In this document: positions 38,840 to 48,545 of the stretch, in pieces
Layout of the letters: each line of letters begins with the position of its first letter
How positions within the stretch are numbered: the first letter of the stretch is position 1
DNA from: Candidatus Hydrogenedentota bacterium
GTDB taxonomy: Bacteria; Hydrogenedentota; Hydrogenedentia; Hydrogenedentales; SLHB01
DNA length: 64,000 bases
Direction: 5' to 3'
Assembly (NCBI GenBank): GCA_963674865.2
Contig: CAXXYE010000009.1
Location: 768,001 to 832,000, forward strand
Made by a program: the position numbers and the translations under genes
Notes under the pieces: generated by a model
What the model was told of the DNA's origin: nothing
What the model saw: the letters and a program-made list of their open reading frames with translations, nothing else
The model's database searches: none

Positions 38840-38868
38840 TTGACAAAGCGGGCGGGAGCCGCCACAAT
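38840..38868 (+). promoter_or_regulatory. Sigma70-type promoter
   Basis: TTGACA-N17-CACAAT upstream of the 38916 gene. Confidence 0.55.
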
Positions 38869-38915
38869 GTGCGCTGCTGTAACTGGAGTCGAGGCTGAAC
38901 GGGGAAGGCGGCAGA

Positions 38916-41489
38916 ATGAGCGACGACCCGAGCATCGAGCATGCCCCCGCGACCAACATCCGCAGACTGACATTCGCACTGTTTTTCTGCTCGGGGCTGA
39001 GTTCCTTAGTTTTCGAGATCGTGTGGATGCGGCTCCTTACCGTTATCCTCGGGAATACCGTCTTGGCCACCAGCACTGTGCTTACGGTGTTCATGGGGGG
39101 GCTGGCGCTGGGAAGCCTAGTGGCGGGCCGGTTGATTGATCGCCGCACGGATCCGTTGCGGGTCTACGGCCTGCTCGAAATCCTGATCGGCGTGCTGGGC
39201 CTCTGTCTCACTTCGCTTCTTACTCAAACCGGGCCCGTCTACGTCTGGATGCATCGAGTCCTCGCGCCGTATCCGGGCTGGCTAATTCCCGTGCGCTATG
39301 TCTATTGCTTTGTCCTATTGGCCGTGCCGACGACGATGATGGGAGCCACCACGCCCGTCCTGAGCAAGTTCATTGTCGAGCGGGAATCCTACCTGGGTCT
39401 CAACATCGGCCGGTTGTACGCGGTCAATACGCTTGGCGCTGCGGCGGGTTGTTTCGTCGCCGGATTCGTCCTGATAGGCAATCTCGGCGTCAACCTCACG
39501 GTGGGCGTAGCGGCAGTGGTGAGCACCTCTGTCGGTTTTGTGGCGTGGCATCTTCACAAGGCGGCTGCTCGCCCCGCCGTCTCGCGTTCCAAGACGCCCG
39601 AGCCAACCGATCTATCCGTCCCTCAGCCGGAGGAAGGGCCGAGAGTCGGATCGCGCTTGCGCCCCGTGATCCTGGTTGCCTTTGCCCTAGCGGGATTCGC
39701 CGGGCTGGGTTATGAAGTCGTTTGGACGCGTATTCTCATCTTCTTCCTGGGAAATACGGTCTATGCCTTCTCGACGATGCTGACGACCTTTCTCATCGGC
39801 ATGGCTATCGGAAGCCTGGTTGTGGCGTTCTTCGTTGACCGCACGCGGCGGCTGTTGACCTTGTTCGGGCTTATCGAAGCGGCCATCGGCTTCTACGTAC
39901 TCTTGACAATCTACGGATTCTCCTGGGGGGCGGAGGCCATCGCGCCGTACGGGGATCACTATCCGATGTGGGAGGGGTCGTTGACGCGGTTCGGCAAAGC
40001 ATTCGTCCTTATCCTCTTGCCGACGTTTCTCGCGGGCACCACATTCTCGATTGCGGGACGGGTTTACACGACGAATTTCAAGCGCCTAGGCCGGAGCGTA
40101 GGCGAGTTGTATGCCTGGAACACCATTGGGGCAATTCTCGGTTCGGCGGCCACGGGCTTCGTTCTCATGCCGCTGGTGGGGCTTCAGAAAGCCATGCTGG
40201 TGCTATGCTGCATCAATCTTGCGATGGGGGCCGTTCTGTGCGCGATGGAGCCGGCGATGAGGCGGCCCTTGCGCATGGCGCTCGCGGCCCTAGTGGCCGC
40301 GGCGGCGGTGATCGGCGTTGTGGCGGCGCCGCCGGACGTGTTCCGCCATATGCAGGAAGTGGTCTCGCCGAACGCGGAGGTGTTGTTCTACAAGGAGGAT
40401 CCCTTCGGGACGGTGAGCGTGAAGAGGAAGGGCATCCATCGCTCCATCTACATCGATAATATCGATGTGGCGGGATCGGCGCCGCTTTACCTGGACAGCC
40501 ACAAGTCGCTGGGGCATCTCCCCATGCTTCTCCATCCCAATCCGAGGAACGTCTTTGTACTTGGATTTGGCGCCGGCGGATCGAGCTATTCAGTGAGTAC
40601 GTATCCTGAGGTCGAGCGGATTGACGCGGCGGAGATTTGCGGCGGCGTGGCCGAGGCGGCGCGTTTGCTCACGCAGGTGAACCACGACGTTTTCTCGAAT
40701 CCGAAGTTTCATCTTCATATCAACGACGGCCGTCATTATCTGCTCACCGCGGATCGCAAGTACGATGTGATCTCGGTGGATCTCTTGCTGGCCTCATGCG
40801 CCGGCGCGGGCAGTCTCTACACGCGCGAGTTCTATACATTGTGCTTCAAACGACTTCAGGATGACGGCTTGATGGTGCAGTGGCTTTCACCCAGCCACAT
40901 TGCTCCAACTTATGTTGAGATGATCCTCCGGACGGCGCGGTCCGTGTTCCCGCATCTGAGCCTGTGGTTCACGCGGCACCACAATCATGTGATCATGGTG
41001 GCGTCGAAGAGGCCTCTAGAGATCGATTATGCCGCCACGGCGGCGCGGATGGGGCGTCCGGACACTGAGCGGGATCTTGCTGAAGTGCGCCTGAACGACC
41101 CCGCCGTGTTCTTGAGCTACTTCGTCGCCGCGGGCGACACACTGGATCGTGCGCTCGGGGATATCGGCCTCATGAACACGGACGACCTGCCGCTTGTTGA
41201 GTACAAGCTGCCGTTCTACCCGCCCAAGCAGTTGACGGCGAATCTCGAGTCGCTCGCCCAGCTCAAGAGTTCCATCCAGCCGTTCTTGGTTGACATCACG
41301 CCGGCGGAACGGGAGCGCGTGCACGGTTACGAGCAGGCTTCGCGACTTGTGCTCGAGGCTATCGTGCGGGATAAGCTCGGCGATACGGCGGGCGCTATCG
41401 AGGAGTGTCGGACGGCGGCACAGATGAAGCCGGACTACTACGAGGCGCAAGCCTGGCTGCGCTACTTCCAGGATGATCAACGCCGCTGA
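38916..41489 (+). CDS. Fused MFS-like/spermidine synthase membrane protein with C-terminal TPR-like helix pair
   Basis: Two TM repeats (SG...L..EIVW.R.L...LGNT; LYA.NT.GA..G); SAM-binding VLGFGAG, AAEI, DGRHYL, YDVI..D, LYTREFY. Confidence 0.9.
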   Translation: MSDDPSIEHAPATNIRRLTFALFFCSGLSSLVFEIVWMRLLTVILGNTVLATSTVLTVFMGGLALGSLVAGRLIDRRTDPLRVYGLLEILIGVLGLCLTSLLTQTGPVYVWMHRVLAPYPGWLIPVRYVYCFVLLAVPTTMMGATTPVLSKFIVERESYLGLNIGRLYAVNTLGAAAGCFVAGFVLIGNLGVNLTVGVAAVVSTSVGFVAWHLHKAAARPAVSRSKTPEPTDLSVPQPEEGPRVGSRLRPVILVAFALAGFAGLGYEVVWTRILIFFLGNTVYAFSTMLTTFLIGMAIGSLVVAFFVDRTRRLLTLFGLIEAAIGFYVLLTIYGFSWGAEAIAPYGDHYPMWEGSLTRFGKAFVLILLPTFLAGTTFSIAGRVYTTNFKRLGRSVGELYAWNTIGAILGSAATGFVLMPLVGLQKAMLVLCCINLAMGAVLCAMEPAMRRPLRMALAALVAAAAVIGVVAAPPDVFRHMQEVVSPNAEVLFYKEDPFGTVSVKRKGIHRSIYIDNIDVAGSAPLYLDSHKSLGHLPMLLHPNPRNVFVLGFGAGGSSYSVSTYPEVERIDAAEICGGVAEAARLLTQVNHDVFSNPKFHLHINDGRHYLLTADRKYDVISVDLLLASCAGAGSLYTREFYTLCFKRLQDDGLMVQWLSPSHIAPTYVEMILRTARSVFPHLSLWFTRHHNHVIMVASKRPLEIDYAATAARMGRPDTERDLAEVRLNDPAVFLSYFVAAGDTLDRALGDIGLMNTDDLPLVEYKLPFYPPKQLTANLESLAQLKSSIQPFLVDITPAERERVHGYEQASRLVLEAIVRDKLGDTAGAIEECRTAAQMKPDYYEAQAWLRYFQDDQRR

Positions 41490-41512
41490 CGCGTTGCTGC
41501 TAGTCCGGGGTA

Positions 41513-41537
41513 TCTCACACGTAGTTGTCTGCGGCCC
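41513..41537. repeat. Dispersed 25-bp intergenic repeat, copy 2
   Basis: TCTCACACGTAGTTGTCTGCGGCCC is 23/25 identical to 33459-33483. Confidence 0.75.
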
Positions 41538-41567
41538 ACGTCATTCGGCGGCCTTTCAGCCGCACTC

Positions 41568-43067
41568 TTAGATCCGCATCTTCTTCTCGGCCATCCTCAT
41601 CTGGACACGGTTCACCCACCGGATAAGGGCGCCCTCTGGGAAGGGGTAGTAGAGCAGGTGGCGAAAGCGGAAGCGGGCGATGGGGCGGTAGAGTTCCCCT
41701 AAGAGGGTGACGAGGCGTCCGAAGAGCGAGCCGGAAAGGTGGTACTCCACTTTGCGGTCAACGAATAGCGAGCTGTACATCATGAACACGAACATCCGCT
41801 TTCGGCGGCCTTTCATCCAAGGCAAGCGCTCGGCCACGGCGAAGGGGTCGAAGTCGAACCACTCCTCGACGCTTGTCGGCACGGCAAGGCCGTGTTCCCG
41901 GCACTGTTCCAGATAGCGTGTGCCGGGGAAGGGAACGGTGATGTAGATAGACTGCACCATCGCGCAGGGATTGTCCTCCAGCAATTGATCCACGAGGCGG
42001 ACAGTCTGCTTGAGGTCTTCCTTTTCCTCGATGGGGCAGCCGGTGATGAAGTTATACCGGATATTGATCTTGAACTGGCTCATCCGGCGGTTGAACTCGA
42101 TCAGGTGGGATTCGTTGAGAGGCTTATTGTAGAACTTTCTCACCCGATCCGAACCGCTTTCCACGCCGATGGAAATCCAGTTCAGTCCCGACTCCTCGAG
42201 GCGCTTGAAGGTTGCGTCGTCGAGTTTCCGGAGGATATGGAGATTCCCCTCGCAACTCCACTTCACCTTTATCCCACTGCCCTCAAGGAGCGAGAGAAAC
42301 TTCGCGACTCTTTCGTCGGATATGTAGAAGCTGTCGTCGCAGATGAAGAAGTTCTTCACTCCCCACCGCTCGTGGAGTCGCACCATATTGTCGACGATTC
42401 GCTCGGCCTTCCGGGGGCGCCACTTGCGTTGGTTGTAGGTGGGATTGTAGCAGAACGTGCAGTTGTAGATGCAGCCTCGGGCGCCCTCTATGTAGAACTC
42501 GATGTCGGTGATGTCCTTGAGATACTCCTCCATATCGATCAGGTGATAAGGAAGGTCCTCAAGTTCCGACACGTCCATGAGTTCCTGGCGGGGATTGACG
42601 CGTACACCCTCCGGCGTTTTGTAGGCCAGCCCGTCGATGCCTGCCGGCTCACGGGCTTCGGCGACGGCGTCGACGAGCGCCGGGAAGGCGTCTTCCCCCT
42701 CCCCGATGACGACGTAATCCGCGTAGTCCTCGGCGAGCATCTGCTCCGGACACGATGTCGGGTGTACGCCGCCCCAGGCAATGGGGACCTCCGGCTTGTG
42801 TCTCTTGACGTACTTGGCGAGCATGCTTCCGAAGTACAACTGGAAGCCCGTGAGGCTCGTGATGCCGACCAGCAGGATTTCCTGGCTGCACGCCTCGGCG
42901 AGCTTCTCGCGCCAGCCGGGCAGCGTTTGATCGACAAAGGTGATCCGGTACTTGGTGGTGTCGATGCGGCGGCATATGGCAAGCAAGGACAGAGGGATCA
43001 CGCGGTATAAGCTGTCGAAAATGCCCGACAGGGGTCGGATGAGCACAATGTGTTTCCGGCTATCCAT
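41568..43067 (-). CDS. Cobalamin-binding radical SAM protein
   Basis: P.SLL, VGIT, WGGVHPT, GEGE, RGCIYNCTFC, DDSF, GVESGS, PFPGT. Start taken at MDSRKH. Confidence 0.92.
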   Translation of the reverse strand: MDSRKHIVLIRPLSGIFDSLYRVIPLSLLAICRRIDTTKYRITFVDQTLPGWREKLAEACSQEILLVGITSLTGFQLYFGSMLAKYVKRHKPEVPIAWGGVHPTSCPEQMLAEDYADYVVIGEGEDAFPALVDAVAEAREPAGIDGLAYKTPEGVRVNPRQELMDVSELEDLPYHLIDMEEYLKDITDIEFYIEGARGCIYNCTFCYNPTYNQRKWRPRKAERIVDNMVRLHERWGVKNFFICDDSFYISDERVAKFLSLLEGSGIKVKWSCEGNLHILRKLDDATFKRLEESGLNWISIGVESGSDRVRKFYNKPLNESHLIEFNRRMSQFKINIRYNFITGCPIEEKEDLKQTVRLVDQLLEDNPCAMVQSIYITVPFPGTRYLEQCREHGLAVPTSVEEWFDFDPFAVAERLPWMKGRRKRMFVFMMYSSLFVDRKVEYHLSGSLFGRLVTLLGELYRPIARFRFRHLLYYPFPEGALIRWVNRVQMRMAEKKMRI

Positions 43068-43247
43068 GAACGGTGAATCGATCCTCTTGAGAGGCGAACA
43101 CGATGCGGAGTATCCGCAGCCCTTCGATAAGTCCAATGGCGGGCGCAGTATAGCACGGGGCCTGGGGGGCCTCAACCGGCATCCGGATGGATTGGATGGG
43201 CAACGGGTGTTGTGTGCTTCCAGCGTTCTTACTATAATCGCGGCGCA

Positions 43248-44978
43248 ATGAGCGATGTACCTTCGGAAAAATGGCGCGATCCGCTGATTTGCCTTGGACT
43301 TGTTGTCGTTGCCCTGTTCGCTTACTGGGAAGTCCAAGACAACCAATTCGTCAACTACGATGACAACAGCGCCGTAACCGAGAACCCGTATGTATTGCAG
43401 GGGCTGACGCGCGATAACCTCGTGGTCGCGCTCACGGACGTTGCATGGCACCAGCTCTGGGCGCCGCTGGACTGGTTGTCGCAGATGACCGTCGTCGAGT
43501 TATTCGGCCTCAATCCCCGTTTCCATCACTTGGCAAATCTCCTCTTGCATCTGGCAAGCACGGCGTGTCTCTTCCTCGCTTTGAAGCGTCTCACGGGATG
43601 CCGCTGGCCGAGCGCTTTTGTTGCCGCTATGTTTGGTGTTCATCCCATCAACGTCGAGCCCGTCGCGTGGATCGCCAGCCGGAAGGATGTGTTGAGCGCG
43701 TTCTTCTTCATCCTGACGCTGCTGGCCTACGGGTGGTACGCCGCGAAGCCTAAGATTAGCCGCTACATGTGCGTTGCCCTGGCGCTGGCCGGGGGATTGG
43801 CGTCGAAATCTATGGTAGTCACGACGCCCTGTGTCCTCTTACTCCTCGATTTCTGGCCTCTCAACCGCACGGGGGGGCAACTGTCGTTCCGAAAGAAGGA
43901 CCTGAAGCGCTACGGGTGGCTCGTGCTTGAGAAGCTGCCTCTCTTCCTTATGGCTGCGGGGGTCATCGTGCTGGCTATGGTGGCCAATGCGTCCGGGCCC
44001 GGGGCGAAAGGCCAAGAGGTGTTTCCTCTCCGGGTACGACTTGCCAATGGCGCCCTTACGCATGTTGAATACCTCCTACGCTTGCTGTGGCCTTCGGGTT
44101 ACTCAGTGCATTACCCGCTGGATCCGGCGGCAATCTCCTATGGGAAGGCATGGCTGGCGGGGCTACTGCTTGTCGGCATCACAGCGCTGGCCTTCTGGCA
44201 GATGAAGCGGCGCCCTTACGTGCTCGTGGGGTGGCTGTGGTTCTTGGGCATGCTCGCGCCGGTAAACGGGCTGGTGCAGCAGGTCGGCGCCACTTTCAGG
44301 ATGGCGCTCAAATACATGTACCTCCCGTCCATTGGCCTCTTCGTCATCATTGCGTGGGGGGCCTCGGATCTGACGCGTACGTGGCGTCATCGTAGACTCG
44401 TTCTGGGACTGGCGGCGGCAGCGCTCGTGGCGAGTCTGTCCGTGTGCACCATGTTTGAGGTCCTTCATTGGCGCAACAGCAAGACGCTCATGATGCACGC
44501 CCTCCGCGCCACACCCGAGAGCTACGTCGCCCACAACTGCCTTGCCCAGGTACTTCTCGCGGAGGGTAACTTGGACGAGGCCGAATACCATTACCGGGAG
44601 GCTTTGCGGATACGGCCGAACAACCGATCGAGCGTGAGCAACTACGGCCTCTTGCTGCTATTGCAGGGGAAGTACGGCGAGGCCGAAACGTGGTACCGGC
44701 GCTTGATTCAACGCTCTCCTAACTTCGGCACCGCCTACTACAACCTTGCTCAGGCGCTTAAAGGCCAAGGCAAATTCGCTGAGGCGATCGCGGCCTGCCG
44801 GATGGCCGTCGAAAAGGAAGCCGATCCGAGAGACGCCAAGTCGCTTTTGCAGGAGCTTGAGGCGCTTAGGACGGGGGCCGGCCCGAAGGGGCCGTCACGC
44901 GGCGGGGAGGTCCTCAGGGGCGGTGCGGGGCACGGCGCGGAGTTCGCGCCAAGCGCGAGGCAAGAGGAAGATTCCTAG
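43248..44978 (+). CDS. TMTC-like GT-C membrane protein with TPR repeats (putative glycosyltransferase)
   Basis: FVNYDD, H..NLLLH, HP..VE.VAWI..RKD.L, SK, YLP, W.NS.TL; about 3 TPRs at the C-terminus. Confidence 0.85.
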   Translation: MSDVPSEKWRDPLICLGLVVVALFAYWEVQDNQFVNYDDNSAVTENPYVLQGLTRDNLVVALTDVAWHQLWAPLDWLSQMTVVELFGLNPRFHHLANLLLHLASTACLFLALKRLTGCRWPSAFVAAMFGVHPINVEPVAWIASRKDVLSAFFFILTLLAYGWYAAKPKISRYMCVALALAGGLASKSMVVTTPCVLLLLDFWPLNRTGGQLSFRKKDLKRYGWLVLEKLPLFLMAAGVIVLAMVANASGPGAKGQEVFPLRVRLANGALTHVEYLLRLLWPSGYSVHYPLDPAAISYGKAWLAGLLLVGITALAFWQMKRRPYVLVGWLWFLGMLAPVNGLVQQVGATFRMALKYMYLPSIGLFVIIAWGASDLTRTWRHRRLVLGLAAAALVASLSVCTMFEVLHWRNSKTLMMHALRATPESYVAHNCLAQVLLAEGNLDEAEYHYREALRIRPNNRSSVSNYGLLLLLQGKYGEAETWYRRLIQRSPNFGTAYYNLAQALKGQGKFAEAIAACRMAVEKEADPRDAKSLLQELEALRTGAGPKGPSRGGEVLRGGAGHGAEFAPSARQEEDS

Positions 44979-46004
44979 AATAGACGTGCCGAAGTTGTCC
45001 GCGGGATGGGCTATCAGCGCGAAGGCAACCGCGCTATTGCGGTCGATTCCGGGATTGCACAGGTACAGGGCGACGATGCACAGGGCGTGATATGTCCCGA
45101 TGGCGCTCGGCGCGGAGGGAAGCAGGTATCCCAGCGAGGTCAGGGCCGTCATCGTGGCGGCCGTCAGCCACGCGTGCGGCGCGTCAAGGCCGAGCGACAG
45201 AAGCATCGGCACGGGGGCCGCGACGAACAGCGCCCAGCAGACAAACGAGACGGCCTGAGCTCCCCAGAAACGCTGCGCCTTGCCCACCACTTCCATGCCC
45301 AAACCCACTTGCGCGAGGATACGATCTAGATGCGTGGCAAGGCGTTGGGAGAAGCGTCCCAGCATGCGGACGACGCGTTGGCGCACGGGCTCATGCCAGC
45401 GGTACATGGCGGCAAGGGCGGCCGCAATGAACACAATGCCTGCCGCGAATACGGCGACGGCGGCGTTCATTTGTCCCACCGAGACGGACACTGGCGCGTC
45501 GAAAGCGCTATCCAGATGGGCCGCCGTGCCCGCGTCAACCGGCACGAGGGCCGCCACCAGCGCGGCCAGGCTCAACAGAGGCAGGAAGTCCTGCAGCCGG
45601 CTCAATACTACGGACACGACGGTTCGCGTGAACGCAAGGCCGGCATCCCGTGCCAGGAGGTACGTCCTCAGAAACTCGCCCCCACGCATGGGCAGGAGGC
45701 AGTTGGCGAGGTATCCCAGGCAAAGGGCCTTGCCGGCCCGTCCGAAGGTGGCTCCCGGCGCGTGGCCAAGCAGCAGTTGCCATTGGACAGCCCGGAAGGG
45801 AATAGCCAGGTTGAAAATCGCGATTGTGGCGACAATCGACCACGGGGAGATGGTGCCGAAGATGCGGAGAATCTCTCGATAGTCCGCGCCACGGAAGAAC
45901 CATGCGAGCAGGAGGACACTGATCAGCAGGCCGACCAAGCGCCTTGCCCACACATGGAGCCCGCCCGGCCCGGGGCGCCTCGTCTCGGGCGGCGGCACGC
46001 TCAT
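44895..46004 (-). CDS. Lysylphosphatidylglycerol synthase TM-domain (UPF0104, flippase-like) membrane protein
   Basis: RA.QW..LL, GYLAN.LLP.RGGE.LR, SV...RL.D, PSAPS.IG.Y; about 8 TMs. Confidence 0.88.
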   Translation of the reverse strand: MSVPPPETRRPGPGGLHVWARRLVGLLISVLLLAWFFRGADYREILRIFGTISPWSIVATIAIFNLAIPFRAVQWQLLLGHAPGATFGRAGKALCLGYLANCLLPMRGGEFLRTYLLARDAGLAFTRTVVSVVLSRLQDFLPLLSLAALVAALVPVDAGTAAHLDSAFDAPVSVSVGQMNAAVAVFAAGIVFIAAALAAMYRWHEPVRQRVVRMLGRFSQRLATHLDRILAQVGLGMEVVGKAQRFWGAQAVSFVCWALFVAAPVPMLLSLGLDAPHAWLTAATMTALTSLGYLLPSAPSAIGTYHALCIVALYLCNPGIDRNSAVAFALIAHPADNFGTSILGIFLLPRAWRELRAVPRTAPEDLPAA

Positions 46005-47194
46005 GGCGCCGCCGCATTGAGCGCGTCGGCAACGCGCGCGATCTCCGCCTCGGAGATGTCTTCGTACATAGGAAGCGCAATAGCCCGGCGGAAGAGGCCG
46101 GCCATATTCGGGCAGTCGCGATAGCTCAGCAGCGCGGCGCAGTCGTCCGCGATTTCATCTTCTACCGCCGCGTCGATCCCGCGCATGAGCAGCTTCTTGC
46201 GGATGGGCGCGGCCGGGCCGGGCAGGATGGCCACGAAGAAGTACCAGGTCGGTGTGCATCCCTCAGGTGTCTGTTGAACGCGAATGCCCGGCTTCAGCAT
46301 CGAGCAGAGCAACTCGGCCTTCTCGGCGCGCCGTTGGATTCGCTCCGGCAGGGATGCGAGCTTGTCCAGTCCCGTGCTTGCCTGGACACCGGAATAGCGA
46401 ATGTTCTTCGGCGGGGAGGCGCCCATGCGCCGGTAGAGCCTCTCCGCTCGGGCCTTCCAGCGGGGACTTGCGAGGAGACACAGGAATGGGAAGGCCAGTC
46501 CCGACGAGAACAGCAGCCTCTCCAGTCTTACATTTCGCATCTTCTTGAGCATCGGGCCGAAGTCTTGAGCGTCGCTTGCCGTCTTCTCGCGGACGTATCG
46601 CGCCAGGTCGGATACGGAAGTACACACGGCGCCCCCGCCGAAGGTGTTCACGGGCTTGGTGGTCTCGAAGCTCAGGAAACCGGCGTAGCCGTAGGATCCC
46701 GTCTGACGGCCCCCGGCCGTCGCCCCCAGAGAGTGTGCGCAGTCTTCCACGAGGGGGATGCCACGCTGATCGGCGATGGCGACGACTTGTTCGATGGCGC
46801 AGGGAACACCGAAGGGATGCAAGGCAATAATCGCCTTGGTGCTGGGGGTGATACGTCCCTCGACCGCCTCCGGCAGGATTCCGAAGGTCTCAGGATCGAT
46901 GTCGGCGGGAACTACTTTCGCGCCTGTTCGTTGTATCAGCGGCACGAGGTCTTTCAGTGTATAGGCTGGGATGATGACCTCGTGCCCCTCTCCGAGGCTG
47001 AGGTGCTCGAGAATGAGCGTCATGGCGCGGCGCCCGGAATTGACGACTGCCGCCTCACCCACGCCGACGTAGGCTGCGAGCGCTTCTTCCCATTCGACGA
47101 CGGCCTCATCGCCCGGCGGCTGGGCCTGCCGGGATAGCCGGGTGATTTCACCGGATTCGTTCGGGGCCATATACGCCCTGCGCCGCGGGATCAA
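46001..47194 (-). CDS. DegT/DnrJ/EryC1/StrS PLP-dependent aminotransferase
   Basis: NSG..A, EVIIPAYT, H.FG, EDCAHSLG, SF.T.K...T.GGGA, LP.Y. TTG start overlaps the upstream TGA. Confidence 0.9.
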   Translation of the reverse strand: MIPRRRAYMAPNESGEITRLSRQAQPPGDEAVVEWEEALAAYVGVGEAAVVNSGRRAMTLILEHLSLGEGHEVIIPAYTLKDLVPLIQRTGAKVVPADIDPETFGILPEAVEGRITPSTKAIIALHPFGVPCAIEQVVAIADQRGIPLVEDCAHSLGATAGGRQTGSYGYAGFLSFETTKPVNTFGGGAVCTSVSDLARYVREKTASDAQDFGPMLKKMRNVRLERLLFSSGLAFPFLCLLASPRWKARAERLYRRMGASPPKNIRYSGVQASTGLDKLASLPERIQRRAEKAELLCSMLKPGIRVQQTPEGCTPTWYFFVAILPGPAAPIRKKLLMRGIDAAVEDEIADDCAALLSYRDCPNMAGLFRRAIALPMYEDISEAEIARVADALNAAAP

Positions 47195-48273
47195 GATCGG
47201 CCCTTCCCGAAATAGAATCCCATATCCCGCCATGTTCGCAGCATTTCGCGCAGAAGCCCTCGAGGCGTGAGCCGCAGGCTCAGTTCGGTGTTCGTAGTAT
47301 CCCAGCAATCCCGGCTGCACGTGGCGACCCGCTTGCGCATCTCGTGGAACTCAGGGCTGCGCCAAATGGCTTCGAGCGGCTGAGCGCGCACCGAGAAGGA
47401 ACCCTCCATATCGCAGCACGGGGTCACCATGCCGGTTGGATTGATGGCGCAAGCGGCGTAACCGGCATAGCATCGGAATCGCCTCGGCTCAGTATATAGT
47501 CTGGTGATGCCTGTCAGAAACATGCTCGACGTGGTCCGCAGGCGCGTCTTCGCGGCCGCCTCCGCCAACTTGGCTACCTCGGCGTCCAGTTCAGCGATGC
47601 GCGCCTCATCGAAAAGGAGGTCGGCGAACTCTTCGAGGGCTTTGTTCTTGTGCTGCAGGTTCGTGTGAATGGGCGCGAACTTGATCTGATGAGCCCCCAG
47701 GCTCTCGGCAAAGGGGATCATCTTGTGCATATCGCGGAAGTTCTCAGCGCAGATCAGCGTGTTGATGCCCACCTGTACATCCGGCGCCCGCTCGCGAAGG
47801 AGCCGGATGCCCGCCACCGCGCGGTCGAACGTGCCCTCGCCTCGCAGGTTATCGTGGATGTGTCTGTCGGGGCTCTCGAGTGAGATCGACACCGTGCCGA
47901 CGCCGGAATCGCGCAATTCGTCCACTTTCGCTTCGTTCAGGATAGTGCCATTCGTGCAGACGTGAACGGACATGCCGAAGTCGGCCGCGTAGCGCGTCAA
48001 TTCGAAGACGTCCGGGCGAAGCAGCACCTCGCCTCCCGTGAAGGAGCATAGAAAAACACCCAGTTCAGCCCCGGAAGCGATTACCGTCTTCCATTCGTCC
48101 GTGGTGAGTTCCTCGGTGGACTTGGGGGCCTCGTGTTCCCACACGCCGCACATGCGGCACCGGAGATTGCAGCGGTTCGTTACGAATAAGAGAATTATCG
48201 GCAAGTACTTGGGCGGTCTGCCGAGGTAGCGGTTGAGGCACACGTTCGCCACGCGCCACGCGTGTTGAGTCAT
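47191..48273 (-). CDS. Radical SAM enzyme with twitch/SPASM-like C-terminus
   Basis: CNLRCRMC, TGGE, TNG, ISLE...HD.LRG; C-terminal CYAG...G.V.PCC...C..CW. Start codon uncertain (48273 or 48324). Confidence 0.9.
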   Translation of the reverse strand: MTQHAWRVANVCLNRYLGRPPKYLPIILLFVTNRCNLRCRMCGVWEHEAPKSTEELTTDEWKTVIASGAELGVFLCSFTGGEVLLRPDVFELTRYAADFGMSVHVCTNGTILNEAKVDELRDSGVGTVSISLESPDRHIHDNLRGEGTFDRAVAGIRLLRERAPDVQVGINTLICAENFRDMHKMIPFAESLGAHQIKFAPIHTNLQHKNKALEEFADLLFDEARIAELDAEVAKLAEAAAKTRLRTTSSMFLTGITRLYTEPRRFRCYAGYAACAINPTGMVTPCCDMEGSFSVRAQPLEAIWRSPEFHEMRKRVATCSRDCWDTTNTELSLRLTPRGLLREMLRTWRDMGFYFGKGRS

Positions 48274-48545
48274 CAGAAGCGGGCGGGAGGAGGCTGGCCG
48301 TGCTGGCTTGGGTGTAGACCGCATTTCAAATACCTGCCGAGTGTCACGGGCCTCAATATCGAACAAGGCGGGGATCGGCGGGACACTCCTTCTGGCTACT
48401 GATACCACGTTTTCTTTGCGGCGGTCAAACATCCCCGTCTCCCGCAAAGGGCGCCGGCGCAGCCGAAGAGGCGCGCGAGCCCGCTCGAATTGCGGGAATT
48501 CCTTTGCTATCCTCGCGCCTACACAACTTTGGGAGGGATGTCCCG

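Noticed and set aside
43068..43451. 128-aa N-terminal extension of the B12 radical SAM given by the ORF track
   Set aside because: It overlaps the divergent TMTC-like gene and has no domain features; the B12-binding fold starts at MDSRKH (43067).
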